DNA of 64,000 nucleotides from Eledone cirrhosa (lineage: Eukaryota), in contig OZ024743.1 of assembly GCA_964016885.1 (NCBI GenBank), positions 358,298,001 through 358,362,000 of the forward strand, given 5' to 3'. Of the stretch, positions 24,601 through 35,993 are shown in pieces (positions within the stretch are counted from its first letter, which is position 1; every line of letters begins with the position of its first letter). Position numbers and translations under genes: made by a program. Below the pieces are notes generated by a model, which searched no databases, was not told where the DNA came from, and saw nothing but the letters and a program-made list of their open reading frames with translations.

Positions 24601-25105
24601 GCAGGTTGGTGAGGCTCTTGCACCCTCCACCCCTATCCGCTAATCCCACACAGTCCCAGCGTGCATCTAAGATCCCGTTCCAGTCGCCCACTAACACTAA
24701 AGAGCGCGACGTTCCAAGAAAGGTCTCCAGACGCCGGAAGAAATCAGGCCGCCCTGCTCCTGTCGGGGCATAGACGGCCACTAGCCTGAAAGTTTGCCCG
24801 TCTCCGCTGGTCACGTCCAGCACCACCAGCTTACCCTCTGGGTCCAGGAAGATGGCCCGTATGGCGAGATCCAAACCTCTCCGAAAAAGTACAGCAACTC
24901 CTCCACCGGATCCAGGACGGCTGGGAGATGCGTACACATCGTAGCCGCCAAAGATCGGTGCGAAGGCCCGTGCTTCGGAGATTCTGGTCTCGCTGATGGC
25001 CACTACATCTATGTTTAGTGACCTGAGGTCGTTGAGCAGGTGACCCTGCTTCCATGACGACCCCAAGCCACGCGCATTTATGCTGCCTATTCTGAGTGAG
25101 GTCAT
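21686..25105 (-). CDS. Tx1-type ORF2 polyprotein: APE endonuclease, reverse transcriptase, C-terminal CCHC (1139 aa, intact)
   Basis: INARGL, SET, VYAP, GDWN, SYLDR, TDHK, GPGYWKLN, KSPGLDGL, FRPITLLN, LDQSKAFDRV, QGCPLS, YADD, KLLG, CPRC-ETVLH-C. Confidence 0.97.
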   Translation of the reverse strand: MTSLRIGSINARGLGSSWKQGHLLNDLRSLNIDVVAISETRISEARAFAPIFGGYDVYASPSRPGSGGGVAVLFRRGLDLAIRAIFLDPEGKLVVLDVTSGDGQTFRLVAVYAPTGAGRPDFFRRLETFLGTSRSLVLVGDWNGILDARWDCVGLADRGGGCKSLTNLLRRFELSDRYRLDFPNVPMWTWTNRIGSSRSYLDRVFCREIDRSSIGCPQFKIVSYTDHKFVICVLDLDRLHRRGPGYWKLNASLPARKAYRDRISELVKRALTGAIVNNKWWFALKRAIRIESIRFSKALAIEKNRAEGELVRKLDEALSEGIATDVLAAKLALDQFFNAKHEGCVVRARVRALRHEGTKAVQWARVAEARRGNKATIRSLVDHDGRMLLDPGQMCEAFQRHFAQLFGGSGGPGRGMDFSVYLDGLPRLSATEAKCCEKPITAAEVREAMTGCTRGKSPGLDGLPYELYVQMPDLFGGLLADVYCNWQQNGRIPSSVSRGAVALLRKDPNKGDNIDNFRPITLLNTEFKILAKVLAKRLALVVGGLVGEAQTCAIPDRSIHDNLHLMRYIVERVAREPGTGGSLINLDQSKAFDRVDHRYLAAVLRAAGFGPVFRGWIAAMHSDICSVVRVNGHLSEPFNIMRSVRQGCPLSSLLYVLTLEPLLHKLETLRGVPRELGCGRSVSAYADDVTVVVSNAKHIEAIGTTLREYEAVTGAMINQEKSVGLQLGTWRGRSMPSNSVVGRWTDGPVKLLGVWFGPDLQTDKNWDEVTSRVASLTQKWAERKLSLKGRAEVANAYIASVICYRLTVVPCPKPRLTVLERLLFRFLWKGRAPMVRRSICCQHPLRGGLGMPWLMMRRHALRLRHLHLFLDGDQVWSPFARRVFPQLVSLTELQSWVKRRPRGSAWRLECLQALTALDQSDNVIGGNSTSAFYRGLVEGKSDDVLGETLGVDENQLANLFGRTFGPGPMDNFQKSLAWQCYRGALPVRDKLYRHGGAVSRACPRCAQGDETVLHALVQCPSIADLWVYVEHLLSRVGPIQLSAESIVRIAPPPSFSLEWQAVFICLVAMAKEIVWWTRLKGLKTSTYLFGDALINFFKFHLKRKIRVEREVLSSQHFVERWVREASMARMNGPSLSMCL

Positions 25106-25138
25106 GTTTAAAATAGAGTGGAAAAGATGGGAAAGACC

Positions 25139-25145
25139 ACTTACC
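25139..25145 (-). promoter_or_regulatory. Consensus 5' splice donor G|GTAAGT overlapping the ORF1 stop codon
   Basis: Same motif at 12620-12626 (T2) and 2354-2360 (T1), 38-44 nt before the ORF2 ATG. Confidence 0.55.
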
Positions 25146-27226
25146 GTACTTTTGGTAGAGGAGGGATGGTTTTTACATCCCTTTTCACTTGATCGTCTGG
25201 TGAAGGGACCGTTGAATCGTCCCTTCGGCTGGTCGTCGGCTCTTCTAAGAGAATGTCTGAGTATACTCTTCGATTGATGGTTCCTCCTAGGTCCCTGAAA
25301 TCACCAACTGCGTTGGGGAATTTCGTTTTAATATTTGTGTATTGTTTCTGTGCTATTTTTAGCAGTCTTATGTTAGTTGGCGTTTTGATTGGTGCTGGTA
25401 TTATGTAGTCCTGTTGTGAAATGTCTGTGTGTTCAATTATGTAAGTCATTAGTTTCTTGTTGTGTGTATTTATTGCCGTGCATTTGTTTTTCTGGGGGTG
25501 GGGTGTGGTTCTGCTATTTTCTTGTCGTTGTTGCTGGGTGTGTGTGTTTTGTTGTTGTGTTTGCGATGTTGGTGCTTGTGGTGGTGGTGTTGAAGGTGTT
25601 GTTGGCGGTGGGGTTGTCGCCGGTGGTGATGGTGGCGCTAGTGTGGGTGGTGATGGTGTTGGTGTTGTTGCTGCAGTGGGTCTCTTTGCAGTAGACTTTA
25701 CCCTTTTCTCATTTCTTTCCTCCCTTTTCAAAGGCGACGATGCGCTGCTTCTGCGTTTGTGCCTTCTTACGACCTTTTCCCACCTCACACTCCATGTCTG
25801 ATTCTGTGAGGTCGGGGAGGGGTACCAACTCCACTCTTTCACTTCTTGTTGTTGGTGATGTTTGCACTGGAGTCTCTGTTGCAGCTGCATTTGGTATTGC
25901 TGTTGTTGTTGTTAGTATTTCCACTGCTGCTGCTGTTTTTGATTTCCGTGGAGTGGGTATGGGTGCCACGGGCCTATCGTTCCTGGTTGCCGCTTGTCCT
26001 GTTGCTGGTAGCCGTGGAGCCGGATTCGGAAGGAGGGGGGTTTTCTCCTTTCTCAGGGTCTTCTCGTTGCAGAAGGCCCTGAGGTGAGTCTTCGATCCAC
26101 AGCGAAAGCATTTCGGGCGTTTGCCCTCAACACTTATGGGCAGTTGAGTGCCGTTATCGAAGTCTATCACATCCGGGATAGCTTCGATGCACTCCTGGTT
26201 GGTTTGGATTAGCATCTCAATGGAGGAGCCGACCCAATCTTCTCTTACTTTTTTCTGTACTTGCAGTACAGTTGTTTTGTCCTCGATTCCGACGAGGACA
26301 GACGCGGCCAGCCAAGAAGGGGCCATTCCGGGGGGGACGTGGGTCAGTTTGACCCTCACAATTTTTTGCCCACAGTAGGAGGGCACCAACACCATTTCCT
26401 CGCTCCTTAGGGTCACTACTGATTGGGCCTTTGCCTCCTGGGGTGTGGCAAAAAGTACGTCTACGGTGGCATATTTTTTGCCTCGGGTGATGTGCGTTTT
26501 CCGCTGCCACACAGACCCCAAGGCTTTTTGTATTTGGGCCTCTGTGGCTCTTTCCACCCTACGGGATTTTGTACTTACTGTACGGTACGTGACCGTACAG
26601 TGCTCTTGGGTTTCGAAAAAATTTTTCGCTGCCTTGCAGATTGCTCGGTGTCCGTTCTTTGTCACCATCTTCTTCGCTTCCTCTAATTCCTCATTTGTTA
26701 TGAGGATTGTTTCCAAGTTTTTCGCAATACCTGCAAATGAGATTGGTTTTTCTCTGCTGTTGTTGTTGTCGTCAGAGCTGCTGGTACTTTTGTTGTTGCT
26801 GCAGTTACTACGACTACTGCCTCCGCCGCTGTTGCTGTGGTTGTTGTTGGTGTTGCTGCTGCTAATGCTGTTGTTGTTTATGCTGCTGGTGATGCTGTTG
26901 CGGCTGCTACTGTTGTTTTCATTGTCACTGTTGCTGTTGTTATTACGGCTGCTACTGCTATCATTCCTGACGTCAGACGAATGAACTGGGTTTTCGTATT
27001 TCCCGCACACCTGTTTCGTCGCTGTCGTCGTCGTCGTGGAGAAACCTTGCACGCTTTGCACGAGACTTTTCTTTTCTTTCGTCACTTGCGAAAGAGAAGG
27101 GAGGGAGAGAGACACATTTAAAGAAGGGAGGGAGAGAGACAATCTTTTCTCTGCTGTAGTGATGATTGAGGAAGAAGAAGACGGAATGAGTGGGAGTGAC
27201 GTATGAAATTTCTTTTTCGTAGCCAT
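25141..27226 (-). CDS. Tx1-type ORF1 (gag-like, CFRCGSKTHLRAFC knuckle) with one frameshift near 25785
   Basis: 505-aa ORF 25709-27226 continues in ORF 25141-25890 (WEKVVRR...PKVR*), whose C-terminus aligns with T1 and T2. Confidence 0.85.
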
Positions 27227-27463
27227 GTTGTTTTTTGTTTAAAATGAAATTTTGGGTACAAAACCCCAATAACTGGTTATTTAACCCCGAAGGGCCAAAT
27301 AACGGACAGAAAGACCCCTCTCACGAGGAGGAGGGTGTCTTTATCAACAATTTGGTTCAAGTTTTAAACAATTTACAATTGTTTTAACGGTTAAAAATTA
27401 CTATACCTTACAGAGCCGAGCCTCCGTCAACCATGGCATTCAATAATAATAATAATAATAATA

Positions 27464-28362
27464 AAGGAGGGGACAATAGGCCAGGGGATGTCCAAGAAGG
27501 AAATAACATCAAGGAGAAAGAGCAGCCTTCATAAAAAATCCCTTCATAGTACCTTCTTTGAGATAACTGAATTCAGAGATCCACAGACATGGAACTGGTT
27601 GAAAAGAGGAGACCTTAAAAAGGCTATAGAAGGAATGTTAATGGCTGCTCAGGAGCAGGCCCTCAAAACGAAGTGGTTGAAACACCATATTTACAAGGAG
27701 GAGGCTAGCCCACTGTGCAGGATCTGTGGAGAGAAAGGGGAGACTGTGGCTCACATTGTATCCGAGTGTAAACACCTAGCCCAGACTCACTATAAGGGCT
27801 GGAGACATGATGTGATGGGCAGGGTGATCCACTGGCACCTATGCAAAGTAAACAATTTACCACATTCTGAGAAGTGGTATGAGCATAAGCCAGAGTCGGT
27901 GATAGAAAACGATCAGGTGAAGGTGCTGTGGGATTTTAGGATACAGACGGACAAGAAACTGGAACACAATAGACCTGACCTGGTGGTTTCGGACAAGGAA
28001 AAAAGATCGTGCCTGATTGTGGATGTGGCCTGCCCATTCGACACGAGAGTGCAAGAGAAGGAGAGGGAGAAAATTAACCGATACCAGGACTTAAAGTGGG
28101 AGGTAAAAAGGATTTGGGACTGCCATGAAGTCAAGGTGATCCCGATTGTCATAGGCGCACTAGGGACTATCTCAAAAAGTTTCCAGGGATGGTTAAAGAA
28201 AATTGGCCCCTTCACGCTTTTTGGAACGCTTCAAAAGGCATGCTTGCTGGGAACAGCAAGAACCCTCCGATACGTCCTGAATATCTGAGGCTGCAGGTAG
28301 TGACTTGATATTCATTTCAACAAACTTTCCAGTTAACTAACATCAATGACTGAGACTCAAAG
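27464..28362 (+). mobile_element. R4/Dong-clade copy D4, 5'-truncated; open 266-aa CCHC + endonuclease frame (27488-28288)
   Basis: Near-identical to the 3' part of D1-D3; (TAA)n at 27442-27464 and 28365-28401. Confidence 0.93.
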
Positions 28363-28371
28363 AGTAATAAC

Positions 28372-28401
<30 letters not shown>

Positions 28402-28403
<2 letters not shown>

Positions 28404-30911
28404 TTTCTTTATTGGCCACAAGGGCTGACATAAAGAAAAACATTACAGACGGCACAAGGCGGTACAAGACGGTACGATGTGGGTTTTGTGCGTGTAAATA
28501 TTTTTATTATTTATATAAGAAAAGAAAAAAAGACATAGAAACATATATATATATAAACAATAAAAATGAAAATTGAAACAATTAAAAAATCCCCAATAGG
28601 GGGGAAACCTCCGAGGGTTACTCGTGGCGAAAACCACACAAAAGACCACGGCCACCCTGACCACCAGGGCAAGCGCCCTCTCTCAATTTTTCCATTTCTC
28701 AAACTACAAACGTATATTCAGAGCGGTCCCGTTCACTCGGACCATTCTCGCTACATTCACCCACCTTTCAACAAACTTGCTAGAAGGCAGCACCTGCCTC
28801 TCCACCCTAATTTTCCTCTTCAAGTGAAACTTGAAAAAGTTAATTAGGGATTCGCCGAAGAGGAAAGTGTTTGTCTTTGATCCTTTCAACCTTGTCCACC
28901 ACACAATCTCTTTCGCCATGGCCACCAGGCAGATGAAAACCGCCAGCCCTTCCTCCTCGAAGGAAGACGGCGAGACCATCTGCACAATGGACTCAGTCGA
29001 TAACCGGATCAGTCCTACACGCGACAGCAACTGTTCGACATAGCTCCACAAGTCAGCAATGCTCGGGCACTGAACGAGTGCGTGCACGACGGTTTCGTCG
29101 CTCTGCGTGCATCTCGGACAGGCTCGGCTGATAGCACTTCCGTGCCTGTAGAGCTTATCTCGAACCGGCAGCGCTCCCCGGTAGCACTGCCAGGCCAGGG
29201 ATTTTTGGAAGTTATCCATAGGCCCAAGGCTGAATGTTCTCCGAAAGAGAGCAAACAGCTGATCTTCTTCGACGCCCAGGATCTCTCCGAGAACGTCGTC
29301 GCTCTTCCCCTCCACTAGTCCTCTATAGAACGCCGAGTTGGATGTTCCACCGAAACTGGTGCCCAGCTGGCAGAGGGCAGTGAGCGCCTGGAGATATTCC
29401 AGTTTCCAAGCGCTATCCCTCGGTCTTTTTCTGACCCAGGACTGCAGCTCCGTCAAAGAGACGAGCTGTGGGAAAACGTGTCTGAAGAATGGCGACCACA
29501 GCTCTTCACCGTCAAGGAAGCACCAGAGTTGTCGCAGCCTCAGCGCATGTTTGCGCCTCATCAGCCATGGCATGCCCAGTCCTCCTCGCAACGGGTGTTG
29601 ACAGCAGATGGATCGTCTTACCATGGGAGCGCGTCCCTTCCACAAAAAAGCGGAAGAGGAGGCGCTCCATTTTGGTGAGAGTTGGGCCGGAGCAAGGGAC
29701 GACGGTGAGGCGGAAGCAGATGACGGATGCGATGTACGCATTCGCCACCTCCGCCCGGCCTTTCAGGGACAGCTTCCTATCGGCCCATTTCTGGGTGAGG
29801 GAGGCCACCTTGCTCGTCACCTCGTTCCAGTTTTTCTCCATCTGGAGGTCCGGTCCGAACCAGACCCCGAGCAATTTAACCGGTCCGTCCGTCCAACGCC
29901 CCACGACGCTGTGGGACGGCATGGACTTGTCTCTCCAGGTGCCGAGCTGCAAGCCCACCGACTTTTCCTGGTTTATCTTTGCTCCTGTCACCGCTTCGTA
30001 TTCCTTGAGAGCGGTGCCGAGCATCTGGACGTGTCTGGTGCTCGACACCACCACGGTGACGTCGTCAGCGTAAGCCGACTCGGATTTCCCGCATCCTAGT
30101 TCGCGTGGGACGCCCCTCATCACCCCCAGTTTGTGCAGTAACGGCTCGAGAGCCAATACGTACAAGAGGGACGAGAGGGGACAACCCTGGCGAACTGAGC
30201 GCATGATGCTGAACGGCTGCGACAGGTGACCGTTCACCCTCACAACTGAGCAGATGTCGCTGTACATCGCTGCGATCCAACCCCTAAAAACGGGCCCGAA
30301 ACCGGCTGCCTCGAGGACCGCCGCCAGGTACCGATGGTCGACCCTATCGAATGCTTTGGATTGATCCAAGTTGATCAGGGCCCCACCCGTGCCAGGTTCC
30401 TTAACCACCCTCTCTATGATGTATTGCATGAGGTGGAGGTTGTCGTGTATGAATATGTACGGAATGGCGCATGTATGCGCCTCTCCCACCAGACCCTTGA
30501 CAACAAGCTCCAACAAGCTCCAACCTCCAATCTTGAACTCTGCGTTTAGCAGGGTTATGGGCCTGAAATTATCGATAACATCCTCCTTGTTCGGGTCTTT
30601 TCTCAGCAGCGCCACCGATCCCCGGCTCACAAAACTGGGAATGCTCCCGTTCTGCTGCCAGTTGCAGTAGACGTCTGCCAAGAGGTCACCGAACAAGTCT
30701 GGCATAAATGCATAAAGCTCGTAGAGCAGACCATCCAAACCTGGCGATTTACCCCTCATGCAGTTAGCCATCGCTTCCCGTATTTCACCGGCTGTTATTG
30801 GCTTTTCGCAACACTGTGCTGCGGTCGTCGAGAGCCGAGGCAGTCCGTCGAGGTATGCACTGAAGTCCATGCCCCGATCCGGGCCACCGCTACTCCCGAA
30901 CAGTTCAGCAA
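28402..30911 (-). mobile_element. Tx1-clade copy T4 (related subfamily), 5'-truncated, frameshifted
   Basis: ORFs 29512-30870 and 28704-29741 encode RT (YADD) and CCHC; diverged 3' UTR ending gccaataaagaaatc(ATT)n. Confidence 0.92.
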
Positions 30912-30934
30912 CGGAGGCACTATTTCACTGTCTA

Positions 30935-30974
<40 letters not shown>

Positions 30975-31320
30975 AAATGGATGCAGTAAAAACCTGTTAA
31001 ACCATTACTCACCAGAGTACTCGATACTTGGGTTAGTAGAGTGTGGTAATATGAAGGAGTTGGGATCCCGATGGCTGAGCTTTTGCTGTTTCAACAGCTA
31101 GTTCCGACTAGCCGAACTCGCTGTTGAAACGGCAAGAGCTCGTCTGTCGGGGTCCCGACACTTTCACATATATATATATATTCAATTGAAGAAAGCTGGA
31201 TAATTGAAAATCTGCCGACTTTTTCGTAACAGATGTAAAGCACTCCACGGTTTTTGTTCATCCGGAGTTTTACTATAATAATAAACAAGAAAGACGGTTT
31301 CATTTGTACATACCTATTTA

Positions 31321-31388
31321 TTTTGTTATACCTATTTCAAAGACGTAAGACGTATAACAACTGCCCTACGTGTTCTCTTCAGACAAAA
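31321..31388 (-). ncRNA. Type I hammerhead ribozyme (minimal)
   Basis: ttttgt CTGAAGA stem II GAAA TAGGTA TA acaaaa; one change in the helix III palindrome. Confidence 0.7.
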
Positions 31389-31697
31389 ATCTAAACGAGA
31401 TGTAAAGTTCCATTGACATGTTACCGGTCATACGTGTTATTAACTTCGCCGACCAGTAAATATATGTCCGAAATTCTTAAGTAGCAGTTCTTATATGTGT
31501 GGGAGATAGTTCTGAAAACTTCGACATCACTATGGGATCTACAGACTGTGCTCAGGTTACGGACCTTATGGGAGTTTACATCTTACACCTAATTAAAAGA
31601 AGGATGCCGGAACTGGGCGGAAGTTTGTACCGCGTTGACGTCTTTTCACTTTAATTAACCATAACAACAGTGTCCTAAATAGGAAAAAGAAAATAAT

Positions 31698-31882
31698 TGT
31701 TTCTACTTTAGGCACAAGGCCAGAAATTACCCAGTGCATTACTGGTACTTTATTTTATCGACCCCGTAAGGATGAAAGGCAAAGTCAACCTCGGCGGGAT
31801 TTGAACTCAGATCGTAAAGGGACGTAACTATGCTGGAAAGCATGGCGTCCTACCCTCTACCGATACTGCCAATCCACCGCCC
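31698..31882 (-). mobile_element. Full-length Nin/Deu-domain tRNA SINE with 18-bp TSD
   Basis: A box TGGCAGTATCGG, B box GAGTTCAAATCC; TSD taggaaaaagaaaataat at 31680-31697 and 31883-31900. Confidence 0.92.
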
Positions 31883-32142
31883 TAGGAAAAAGAAAATAAT
31901 AATAGACTTTTTTAACAATTAAAGTCTTAAGCTAGAAATAGGAAATAACAATAGAATAGCTAACTTCCTCGACATAACGCTAAACCTTAATGCTGGCCTA
32001 TACTACACATATCATAAATTAAATGAAAATCTCAATTATGTTAGCTACTTCTCAAACCACCCTAGAAACCTTAAGAAGGCCATAGTCAAAAGTGTAGAAC
32101 AGAGAATCTCTAGACTCTCAGCTAACAGGGAAATCTTCGGAT

Positions 32143-32214
32143 TTTTGTCTGAAGAGAACACGTAAGGTGGTTGTTATACAACTGCCTTACGTCTTTGAAA
32201 TACGTATAACAAAA
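32143..32214 (+). ncRNA. Type I hammerhead ribozyme (minimal)
   Basis: ttttgt CTGAAGA gaac-acgtaaggtggttgt tat acaactgccttacgt-cttt GAAA TACGTA TA acaaaa. Confidence 0.85.
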
Positions 32215-32283
32215 TAAATAGGGATGTACAAATGAAACTGTCTTTTTTGTTTATTATTATAATATATATATATATATATATAC

Positions 32284-32357
<74 letters not shown>

Positions 32358-33059
32358 CACAAAGAGTAACAATGAGATTAAGCATATGACATATTTTGGT
32401 GTCATTTTGTGCGTCCACATACAATGTCGTCTTCTTACAATCATACAGTATCGCCTGCTCAAATATAACATTCCCTCTTGATATAGTTCCTCTATGAGAA
32501 AGAGAGTATCTGTATGAGAGTGTAGAGGGTGAGTGTGTGTAAAGGCGAATGAATATGAGAACAAGAGAAGAAAACTAGAGAGACAGATTGGAGAAAGAGT
32601 CAAGAGAGAGATAGAGATAGAGAATGAAAGAAGAGAGAGATATGAGATGTGTATTTCTGCATGAACAGTTGACATGTCTCACTGAATGGGTTGGTCGCTG
32701 CATGTAACGGTCAGACGGACGAAGACAAAATGATAAATGGACTGTATGAACAAATGTTGTTTTATAATAAACCATAACGAACATATACCAGACTGATGAA
32801 AAATAAATAAATTATTTTTTGTTTGTTTATTCGTTCGTTTTTTTTTCAATGATTCAGATGAGCTTTAGAGGTCAGATGAAACAAAAGGTCATCACCAAGG
32901 GAACATTAATTGCTTAACATTATTTTCTTGCTCCTTTATATATTTTTTTATACTTTTTATCACACTTTAATGTTGTTTTAGATATCACTATTGTTGTTTG
33001 TTGTTCATTTATGTTATTGTTGTTATTTAACTTCTTTTTATTTCTTCTTCTTACCATTA

Positions 33060-33119
<60 letters not shown>

Positions 33120-33254
33120 CCATTTGTACCGTCCTGAATTGTCCTGTACTGTCCTTAATGTCTACTTTATGTAAACCCCTGTGGTTAATAAAGAAAGAAA
33201 GTATTATTATTATTGTTTTTCTTGATGTCAGCCCTTGTGGCCAATAAAGAAATC
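33120..33254 (+). mobile_element. Two tiny Tx1 3'-terminal fragments (T3-type then T4-type) inside (TTA)n
   Basis: ccatttgtaccgtcc...gtggttaataaagaaa and atgtcagcccttgtggccaataaagaaatc, flanked by TTA runs 33063-33117 and 33258-33320. Confidence 0.88.
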
Positions 33255-33255
33255 A

Positions 33256-33321
<66 letters not shown>

Positions 33322-33677
33322 GTGTTATAAAATATGTATAATATATTTAGTGATTGTGTTTTCTTTACGGTTGCTTTCTATTGCCCTCACCTCCTTTATC
33401 GCTGTTTCCTTTTCTCTCTCTTTCCTCCTCCTCCTCCTTCCTTCCTTCCGTCACTCCCTCGTCTTCCTCCACTTCTTCATCTTCCTCTTTATCTCTAGTG
33501 GAAGTGTTCGATGTGTCTGTTTAATTTTATGGCTTTTATTATTGCTTCCTCTTCAAAGCATTTCAACGTCTAAGCAAAATACACTATTTTATGCGCCATT
33601 TTACTTTCAATCACTCAAAAGTGCGTAAAGTGTGTGCATGCGTGACTGTAAATATACATATATGCATATATATATAC

Positions 33678-33795
<118 letters not shown>

Positions 33796-33979
33796 CGAAG
33801 GAATTGTGGTAAGGAACCAGATGGACCATAACGCACCAAAGTACTCAATACTTAGTGTAGTAGAGTGGGTTATAGGAAAAAGTATGACCCCGACGGAAGA
33901 GCTCAAGCCGTTTCGACGGCTATTTCTGGACTGAAATATATGTATATATAAATATATATATGTATATATATATATATTT

Positions 33980-34078
<99 letters not shown>

Positions 34079-34269
34079 GGTTTGAGGTTCACCACTGTAT
34101 AGAGCTGGTCTATTCCGTATGGTCAATCGTAATGCAATAATATAGAGAGTACTCAACGTAAAGCAGTTCAACCGTCTTTGTTTTTGTAGTTGGTGGTGCT
34201 ATTACGGAGTTAAATATTATAATGAAATGACAGGAGGCTGGATTTGTGTAAATCCTTGAAAGGTTTATT

Positions 34270-34327
34270 ATACTATGATCATTTCAATGACCGGGTTCCG
34301 TATGAATCCGGTGATATCATCAGGTAT
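34270..34327 (-). ncRNA. Type I hammerhead ribozyme (minimal)
   Basis: atac CTGATGA tatcaccggattc atacg gaacccggtcatt GAAA TGATCA TA gtat, then AATAAA. Confidence 0.78.
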
Positions 34328-34702
34328 TCGAAATATAATACGTGAATGTAATAGGTAAAATCCATGGGGCTGAAAATCGAGACCCGAGGGCGACCGCTAT
34401 TCTGTTCCTTCAACCTCAGCCGGTCGCCCTGGAGTGACGTGGCTAAATTTTACAGTATGCTACTACCGGTCAGATGAACGAAAACAGAAAGGGGTGGGAG
34501 CATAGGTTAACGTCGATCCCATGACACAAGGTAAAAGAAAGAAAGAAAGGAAGGAGAGAGAAGAAGGGGGAAGAAAGAAGAAGAGAAGCCAGGGTTAATG
34601 TCAGCTAAAAGAGGAAGGCAACTACTACTGGTCAGATATAGGCAAGCAAGAGGGGGAAGGAAGATAAGTCTGCGGGAGGAAGACAGGGGGAGGGGAGAAG
34701 AG

Positions 34703-34799
<97 letters not shown>

Positions 34800-34817
34800 T
34801 ATATACATATGTATACA

Positions 34818-34895
<78 letters not shown>

Positions 34896-35028
34896 GATAA
34901 ATCTACCAAAATGTACGGTAGTGTCCAATCCGTATGAAGAACTCAATGTAATCCGAATATCATGAAAAGAGATGTATTCAAAAATATTTTTTTTCGGTGA
35001 AAAATACAGGAAAACAGAGTCAAGATAA

Positions 35029-35531
<503 letters not shown>

Positions 35532-35993
35532 GCAAATATATATATCGATTCTGAATTGTTTAGCAAGATTCTTTATCTGAAAACGTGTGTTGAAACCGAT
35601 ATTGTTATACTTTGGGAGGGTCATGTTGCCAATAAGAAACACACGCACCAGTTGCTTTCACTCCAATTTATTATAAATTAAATTATGAATTTAAAAAATT
35701 TATAAATTTCCGGTTGGTTGGTTGGTTCCACAACCGGACGGTTGTTCATATATTGTCAAAGTTCTTTCGTCACACATTCTGTGACCTCTTCAGTGACTGG
35801 GGATTCTTTTCTTTGTTTTGTGCCTCTCCTTTCTTCTGTCCTACGCCATCTTGTTTTTGTGTGTGTTGTGTGCTTAGTTTGCGCATGTGTTACATCCGGG
35901 TGTCTGTGTGTGTTTTTATTTGTTTATTTATTTGTTTATTTACATGTTACTGGTTGGTTGTTTGTTCTATGTGTCTGTGTTTTCATTTTGTCC

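Larger units (their letters stand above)
21442..27441 (-). mobile_element. Full-length (6.0 kb) Tx1-clade LINE, copy T3
   Basis: 215-nt 5' UTR, ORF1, intact ORF2, 3' UTR with AATAAA (21448-21453); (TAA)n on both sides. Confidence 0.96.
31230..32260 (+). mobile_element. Penelope-like RT fragment between inverted hammerhead-bearing terminal repeats
   Basis: Translations FDITMGSTDCAQVTDLMG...LYRVD and IANFLDITLNL...SNHP...RISRLS; ~31290-31391 is an inverted copy of ~32140-32250. Confidence 0.75.

Noticed and set aside
22013-24773. Antisense ORFs recurring in several Tx1 copies
   Set aside because: Shadows of GC-rich ORF2 codon usage, repeated only because copies are nearly identical.
25709-25890. 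Programmed frameshift in Tx1 ORF1 (all three copies change frame near the acidic/Lys-rich region)
   Set aside because: Direction and position differ (+1 in T3, -1 in T2, several in T1), and some fall in A-rich runs; better explained as mutations or sequencing errors.
8430-30911. Single composite element or simple tandem duplication of a Dong+Tx1 unit
   Set aside because: Tx1 copies have different truncation points, ORF1s and subfamilies, and spacers differ, favouring mostly independent insertions; partial duplication is not excluded.
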